Shown piece after piece: positions 59,434-64,000 of a stretch of DNA of 64,000 bases. Below the pieces are notes generated by a model. That model ran no database searches. It was given only the letters and a program-made list of their open reading frames with translations, and was not told the origin of the DNA. The translations under genes and the position numbers were made by a program. The DNA lies in IMG/VR virus record IMGVR_UViG_3300002460_000024, positions 10,835 through 74,834 of that record; one strand, written 5' to 3'. Source of the DNA: a virus. How positions within the stretch are numbered: the first letter of the stretch is position 1; each line of letters begins with the position of its first letter.

Positions 59434-60192
59434 TCACAACTTACACAGTACTTTGTTCCGCTGCATCCTTCCGAACTGCTTACCCTTACCCGCAAACGAC
59501 TGGTGCAAGTCAAATTCGAGGTCTATGGCTGCGAACTTCAAAAACCCAATTCTATCCCCCACTTTTAAATCAAACCTATCGTCTGGGAGGTTGCCAGACA
59601 TTTGCTTTCCACTACTATTGAACTGATCGTGGTAACGGGTGTTGGGCTTTCCTATAAATCTTATTGTTCCACTTTGGGCTTTTGATTCTTTCATGTTTTG
59701 GGGTAACGTTAACTTTGTTTCGCAGTCAGCATCGTCTTGTTCGACTAACATATATCCGTTAAGCATAATGACCCAATAATTAATTCCATCTAAACTTACT
59801 GTATTTGGATTAGGCCAATAAAGTTGTTTTCCATAATCCTCAAATGCCCATCTCCTTTTCACCAATATCAGCGCCTCATAAGCCACATAAATAAACAAGT
59901 GCCCATCCTCCTCATAAGACTTTCCATTAAATCTGGACACGCTAACATCTGTGCGCCTGAGAATAACTTCGTCGCCCACCATAGCCTCCATCTCACACTC
60001 CCACGGCATCATAGTATGATCCATGTTTTCGAAGATAAGTTTATTGGGCACTTGTACTACCTCACCTACTAATCTTTGGTGCCTCTCCTCATCATAACCT
60101 GTTTCTATTTGGATAGCTCCTATTCCTGGTAATTGAAGCTCATCTGTTTTTTTAGTAAGACGAATTAAAATATGATTGGTGTGTAATTTCAT
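59434..60192 (-). CDS. Tandem double GroES-like domain protein
   Basis: NHILI...GEVVQVP...VGDEVI and GYMLVE...LTLP...GTIRFIG...KVGDRIGF. Confidence 0.65.
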   Translation of the reverse strand: MKLHTNHILIRLTKKTDELQLPGIGAIQIETGYDEERHQRLVGEVVQVPNKLIFENMDHTMMPWECEMEAMVGDEVILRRTDVSVSRFNGKSYEEDGHLFIYVAYEALILVKRRWAFEDYGKQLYWPNPNTVSLDGINYWVIMLNGYMLVEQDDADCETKLTLPQNMKESKAQSGTIRFIGKPNTRYHDQFNSSGKQMSGNLPDDRFDLKVGDRIGFLKFAAIDLEFDLHQSFAGKGKQFGRMQRNKVLCKL

Positions 60193-60208
60193 GTGACGAG
60201 ATTAATGT

Positions 60209-60376
60209 TTAATTCAAATTTGTTTTAATATCCTCTTGAGTAAGGTTGGCCGAGTCGTCAAAGATGGGCTCATTCATAAAATAACAAATTATTTCTCTTC
60301 CCTTAACCGTATAAACTTTTCTACGATATATATTATCAAAAAAACTCAACCACTCAGTAAACGTTTTCTTTTCCAT
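60209..60376 (-). CDS. Small hypothetical protein (55 aa)
   Basis: Hand translation MEKKTFTEWLSFFDNIYRR... Confidence 0.45.
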   Translation of the reverse strand: MEKKTFTEWLSFFDNIYRRKVYTVKGREIICYFMNEPIFDDSANLTQEDIKTNLN

Positions 60377-60658
60377 CTAATTAAGTTTATATTTTTTCTT
60401 TTGTGCTTCTTCTGCTTGTTGATCTCTTTTAAATTTTGTTAGGGCTACGTCTTTATTGATAGCCGGTAAATAATAATATGCCATATCAAAATCTACCCTT
60501 GTAGTATCATAAGGCAACTCTATTTCTTCCACCTTATGAGTGGCGACGTGAATTTTCCACATCTTCTGCCCCGGCTCAACTATCAAGCCCTTTACCGCTT
60601 TGTTCTCGTAAATAAAAACTACTTTTTTTGCTAGTCCCATAATTTTAATTATTATCAC
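60377..60658 (-). CDS. Hypothetical protein
   Basis: 93-aa ORF. Confidence 0.6.
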   Translation of the reverse strand: MIIIKIMGLAKKVVFIYENKAVKGLIVEPGQKMWKIHVATHKVEEIELPYDTTRVDFDMAYYYLPAINKDVALTKFKRDQQAEEAQKKKYKLN

Positions 60659-61988
60659 TAAATACGTGAGTAGATGCGTTTACATTTAACCACTGCATAC
60701 CAACTCTTCCTTGTCTATTTTTTGCATGAACGATTCCTATTTTTCCATAACAGCTAGATGTTCCATTTCCGTCTCCCATATCAAACTGAAAATGTTCATC
60801 AAGTGCTGATGGATTCCAAAGAAGCCAAACACAATCTGAATGAGCCTCTATCGCCCCACTTCCTTTTAATAATCCCGCATGAGGTGGTTTTAATTTTTCA
60901 TTGCCAGAATCCTTAGTAAACTGAGCTAATAAAATAATTGGTATATCTAATTCTTTTGCCGTCACTTTTAATTCTCTACAAAAATTATCAATAGCTGGCT
61001 CCGATCCTCCATATTTCTTTGTCTCTAAATCACAAAGGCCAAGATAATCAATAACAGCTAATCCAATATCTTCTTCTTTTTTTAATTTTCTCAAAATGCT
61101 TTTTATTCGTCCAATTTTTATTCCAGAGGATAGGTCAATAAACACTTTCCTTTTTTCTATCCGACCTATCGCATATTCAATTTCTTTTAATTGTGAATCT
61201 GTTACCTGACCTGTTTTTAACGATTCAATTGATATTTTAGTATCCATAGCAATTTCCCTAATACCAACTTGCCTTCCAGACATCTCTTGCTCAAACATCA
61301 TTGTTGGAGTTCCTGATTTTTCGGCATTGTGTTGGATTGCTAATACTAAGGCTGATTTAAAAGTTCCGGGCCAACCGCCTGCCACAATAAGATCTCCTGG
61401 CTGCATACCGCCCGTAAATTTATCCATGCTGTCATATCCGGTAGACACTCCACTAAGTCCCGTTTTTGATCCATGAGCCTTATGGATGGATTGACGGGCC
61501 TCTTCTAATCTTGCTCTTGGGCTAAAATCGGTTGTATTAAAATGAACTAGTTGATCCAAAACGCCTTGAAATTTAGATACCAAATCAAAAACATCCTCCT
61601 CCTCATTATACCCCGCATTTCCCATTTCTATACTAATCCTTATTAGCTCCCTACGAAGGAACTTTTCATACAAAATAGCTGAATGCACCTGCACGTTGGT
61701 TGTAGAAATAACCGAAGATGTAAGGTCAACAACAAAAGTTACGTCGCCAATAATTGCCAAAGAATCCACAACCTTAATCTTATTGCTTACTGTCCTAAGG
61801 TCTATTGGCTCATTATTTTCTGATAATTCCTTTATTGCCCGATAAACCACCTGATGCGCTGGTTTATAAAAAACCTGTTCTTTTAAAAATTCTATGGTTT
61901 TGTCGTAAGCATCTGCATCGAGAATTAAAGAGCCCAAAACTACTTGTTCAATATCAATTGCCTGTGGGGGAAGTTTATCGTAGTTCAT
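60645..61988 (-). CDS. dnaB: Replicative DNA helicase
   Basis: PPQAIDIEQVVLG, GVSTGY..D..TGG, GGWPGTFKS, IDYL, GSGAIE..SD, AKNRQG. Confidence 0.95.
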   Translation of the reverse strand: MNYDKLPPQAIDIEQVVLGSLILDADAYDKTIEFLKEQVFYKPAHQVVYRAIKELSENNEPIDLRTVSNKIKVVDSLAIIGDVTFVVDLTSSVISTTNVQVHSAILYEKFLRRELIRISIEMGNAGYNEEEDVFDLVSKFQGVLDQLVHFNTTDFSPRARLEEARQSIHKAHGSKTGLSGVSTGYDSMDKFTGGMQPGDLIVAGGWPGTFKSALVLAIQHNAEKSGTPTMMFEQEMSGRQVGIREIAMDTKISIESLKTGQVTDSQLKEIEYAIGRIEKRKVFIDLSSGIKIGRIKSILRKLKKEEDIGLAVIDYLGLCDLETKKYGGSEPAIDNFCRELKVTAKELDIPIILLAQFTKDSGNEKLKPPHAGLLKGSGAIEAHSDCVWLLWNPSALDEHFQFDMGDGNGTSSCYGKIGIVHAKNRQGRVGMQWLNVNASTHVFSDNN

Positions 61989-62701
61989 TATTGAATAGTT
62001 TTATGAATAGCCGCAACTCCATTAGTCGGATTGCTATTTTTAACAATACTTTCTTTGTTTTTGTGATACCAATGAGAAAAATATCTCTTTAGATTGCTTA
62101 ATGAATACTTTTCGTTCGAAACCATACAAATTGCCTTAAAGGAACCAATTGCTACCGAAAAATGATAATCAGAAAGGGAATATTGTTTTTTAACCAAATC
62201 TCGCCACTCACCATCCATGACCATTTCTTTAAAAAATTCTTCTAAGGCTTCGCCAGATTTCTCTAAATATATATTATCCTTTTCTTTTATATTCTTTCCT
62301 TTCCTTTCCTTTATAGCATTGCTATCGGATTGCGTTCGCAATGCGTTCGCATTTGGTTCTTTTTCTTTCCATCTCTTATTTGCTGATTCTCTTGCTTTTA
62401 TAGATTTTTTATTTCTTACATCTAACCGTCTCTGAACCGACAAAGAGCCAAACGAATCTCCATCTACCACAAAAAGACCAAAATCATTTATGACACTTTT
62501 TACTATTTCGGGGATTGTATGAAGATCATACGCAATACTATCGTAATGCGTTGGCAATGCGTTCGCATTTTGATAAAGATCTTCTACTAAGGCCCAAAAT
62601 ATACCATACCCCATCCATCCGTGTTTAGCCAATAGTTTCTTTATCTTCCCATCGGTACGAACATTGTAGTCATGTGAAAAATAAAAGGTATCGTTTGCCA
62701 T
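61988..62701 (-). CDS. Phage replication initiator (DUF4373/Lin1244-like N-terminus)
   Basis: YFSHD.N.R.D.KI..L..KHG..GYGIFWALVE.LY; ANKRW; coupled to dnaB. Confidence 0.8.
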   Translation of the reverse strand: MANDTFYFSHDYNVRTDGKIKKLLAKHGWMGYGIFWALVEDLYQNANALPTHYDSIAYDLHTIPEIVKSVINDFGLFVVDGDSFGSLSVQRRLDVRNKKSIKARESANKRWKEKEPNANALRTQSDSNAIKERKGKNIKEKDNIYLEKSGEALEEFFKEMVMDGEWRDLVKKQYSLSDYHFSVAIGSFKAICMVSNEKYSLSNLKRYFSHWYHKNKESIVKNSNPTNGVAAIHKTIQ

Positions 62702-62865
62702 ATCACAAAAACACCATCGAGGGGGTGGCTGTAATCCGCTAAGACTTGAGGCGCACCCTGACCCGGTGGTTTATTTTAAATAAATTGTTATTTGAATCTT
62801 CATTTTAGCGGATTACATTATTTACCACAATACTATGGCTTCTTTTTTAAACTTCCAAATTTTGT

Positions 62866-63042
62866 TTATTTCTTTTCTAGCCACCAGTTTTCAATAGATA
62901 CTGTGCCATCCTCGTTGTCCTTAATCACTGACTTCGGATACCAACCTTGTTTTCCTTCTACCTCTGCAAACGCCGATAACTTTTTGGTACGAAAATTCTT
63001 TCTATCGTACATTATTCGACCCTTTTTTATGGATGACGCCAT
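62866..63042 (-). CDS. Small hypothetical protein (58 aa)
   Basis: TAATG coupling; W.PKSVI...IENWWLEKK. Confidence 0.55.
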   Translation of the reverse strand: MASSIKKGRIMYDRKNFRTKKLSAFAEVEGKQGWYPKSVIKDNEDGTVSIENWWLEKK

Positions 63043-63311
63043 TAATGTTTAATTCTCCTTTTATTTTTAGGCCTATCCTTTGCGCGTGAAGGCATTTTGT
63101 GGTGAATTACTTTAATGTTATCCATAATATAAAAACGCCTTCCTAAAATTCTTTTTCCGGCTCCATCCAATGTCCACTTAGGTAAACAATCAACCTCCTT
63201 GGTTCCTAAATTAATTTCTTGTCTCAAAGTGTTTTTAACCTTGGATGGTCCAACTGTTTCGTAAAGAATGTAGTATCCATTTCTGCGTTTAAATGTTCTA
63301 AGATTTCCCAT
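63042..63311 (-). CDS. Hypothetical basic protein
   Basis: 89-aa ORF. Confidence 0.6.
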   Translation of the reverse strand: MGNLRTFKRRNGYYILYETVGPSKVKNTLRQEINLGTKEVDCLPKWTLDGAGKRILGRRFYIMDNIKVIHHKMPSRAKDRPKNKRRIKH

Positions 63312-63339
63312 TGTTTTGTTTATTTATTTGATTAATAAT

Positions 63340-63888
63340 TCACACATAAACCTCTGTTATTACATCTGAGTAGTCCAGATAGTACGTTACTGCATCTGCT
63401 ACTTTATTATAAAATATCAATGCTGTTTCTGAGGGGTGGTCCGACGCAATTAATCCCCACTCGTACAACTCTGATGTCATTCCTTGGCCTAACAAATCCT
63501 TAAACATAGCATCTTCGGGAGCAATTTTATTGAATTTATAATACCAAGTATAAAACAAAGTGGCAGAAATAATAATCGTCGGGCCGCTTTCAAATCCTGT
63601 GGCTTGGCGAAATAAATGTAATGTTTCTCTATTATAGCACCTGATCCACATTGAAATAGAGCCCCATTTAGCAATAATTGCGTCACCCCTCATGTACTTA
63701 TCCACTGCATTCAGCTTCAATCCTACTGCCTCCAGTAAAAGAACAACTCCTTCAAATGGTGGTTTTGTTTCTCGGCTTAAGTACTTAGAATAAGAAACTG
63801 GATTGACCTTCTTTGTCTTAGCGCATAATGCTTCAATCGAAATTTTCTCCTTTAGTCTGCGGGATTCTATGATATCTATAACATTCAT
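63340..63888 (-). CDS. Protein with an N-terminal XRE-like HTH
   Basis: RRLKEKISIEALC...YSKYL..ETKP....V..LLEAVGL. Confidence 0.65.
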   Translation of the reverse strand: MNVIDIIESRRLKEKISIEALCAKTKKVNPVSYSKYLSRETKPPFEGVVLLLEAVGLKLNAVDKYMRGDAIIAKWGSISMWIRCYNRETLHLFRQATGFESGPTIIISATLFYTWYYKFNKIAPEDAMFKDLLGQGMTSELYEWGLIASDHPSETALIFYNKVADAVTYYLDYSDVITEVYV

Positions 63889-63902
63889 TGTTTCGATTTT
63901 TT

Positions 63903-64000
63903 TTAGCCGTCGCCGTAGCCGTAGCCGTCGCCGTAGCCGTAGCCGTAGCCGTAGCCGTAGCCGTAGCCGTAGCCGTAGCCGTAGCCGTCGCCGTCGCCGT
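63903..64000 (-). repeat. Hexamer tandem repeat (GCCGTA/GCCGTC) encoding a (YG/DG)n C-terminus of a gene running off the window
   Basis: Minus strand reads GAC GGC TAC GGC... ending in TAA at 63903-63905. Confidence 0.85.

Larger units (their letters stand above)
7965..63689. repeat. Dispersed asymmetric motif GGGCGACGNRATTAAT (about 30 strong copies)
   Basis: Plus strand: 7965, 10624, 11628, 12208, 14065, 15252, 18430, 20983, 23880, 23914, 27310, 30006, 33006, 34236, 35325, 36755, 38942, 46408, 50689, 54253, 60193, 63034, 63442. Minus strand: 10921, 14941, 16977, 26018, 31945, 39431, 48209, 63674. Confidence 0.9.

Noticed and set aside
7000-64000. Stop-codon reassignment as in some crAss-like phages
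   Set aside because: Core genes are intact and densely packed under the standard code.
1-64000. tRNA or rRNA genes
   Set aside because: None were recognised by eye; tRNAscan-SE would be needed to exclude them.

Overview
This window looks like about 64 kb of a large, probably podovirus-type (crAss-like or flavobacterial) dsDNA phage of a Bacteroidota host. The host call rests on many TAnnTTTG -7 promoter boxes and on gene content. From about 7 kb to 64 kb nearly all genes are on the minus strand. In transcription order they are: replication initiator and DnaB, double-GroES protein, terminase, portal, scaffold, major capsid, connector/tail proteins, putative ejection proteins including a 2939-aa protein, GroEL/GroES, a methyltransferase-glycosyltransferase cluster, GH108 endolysin, YqaJ/SSB/ERF recombination genes, a PKD protein, spanin and holins. 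Two non-standard systems stand out. (1) At 1-6.6 kb, an integron-like array of small plus-strand genes is separated by attC-like hairpins and ends at a truncated tyrosine recombinase. The ORFs are inverted relative to canonical integron polarity, one hairpin has a loop of about 780 bp carrying three genes, and one cassette frame is reused with different cargo. (2) An asymmetric motif of about 16 bp, GGGCGACGNRATTAAT, is dispersed in about 30 strong and about 15 partial copies through the phage backbone. It is strand-biased, often sits at gene junctions and was not seen in the cassette array. All protein calls are from motif recognition by eye; no database searches were run.
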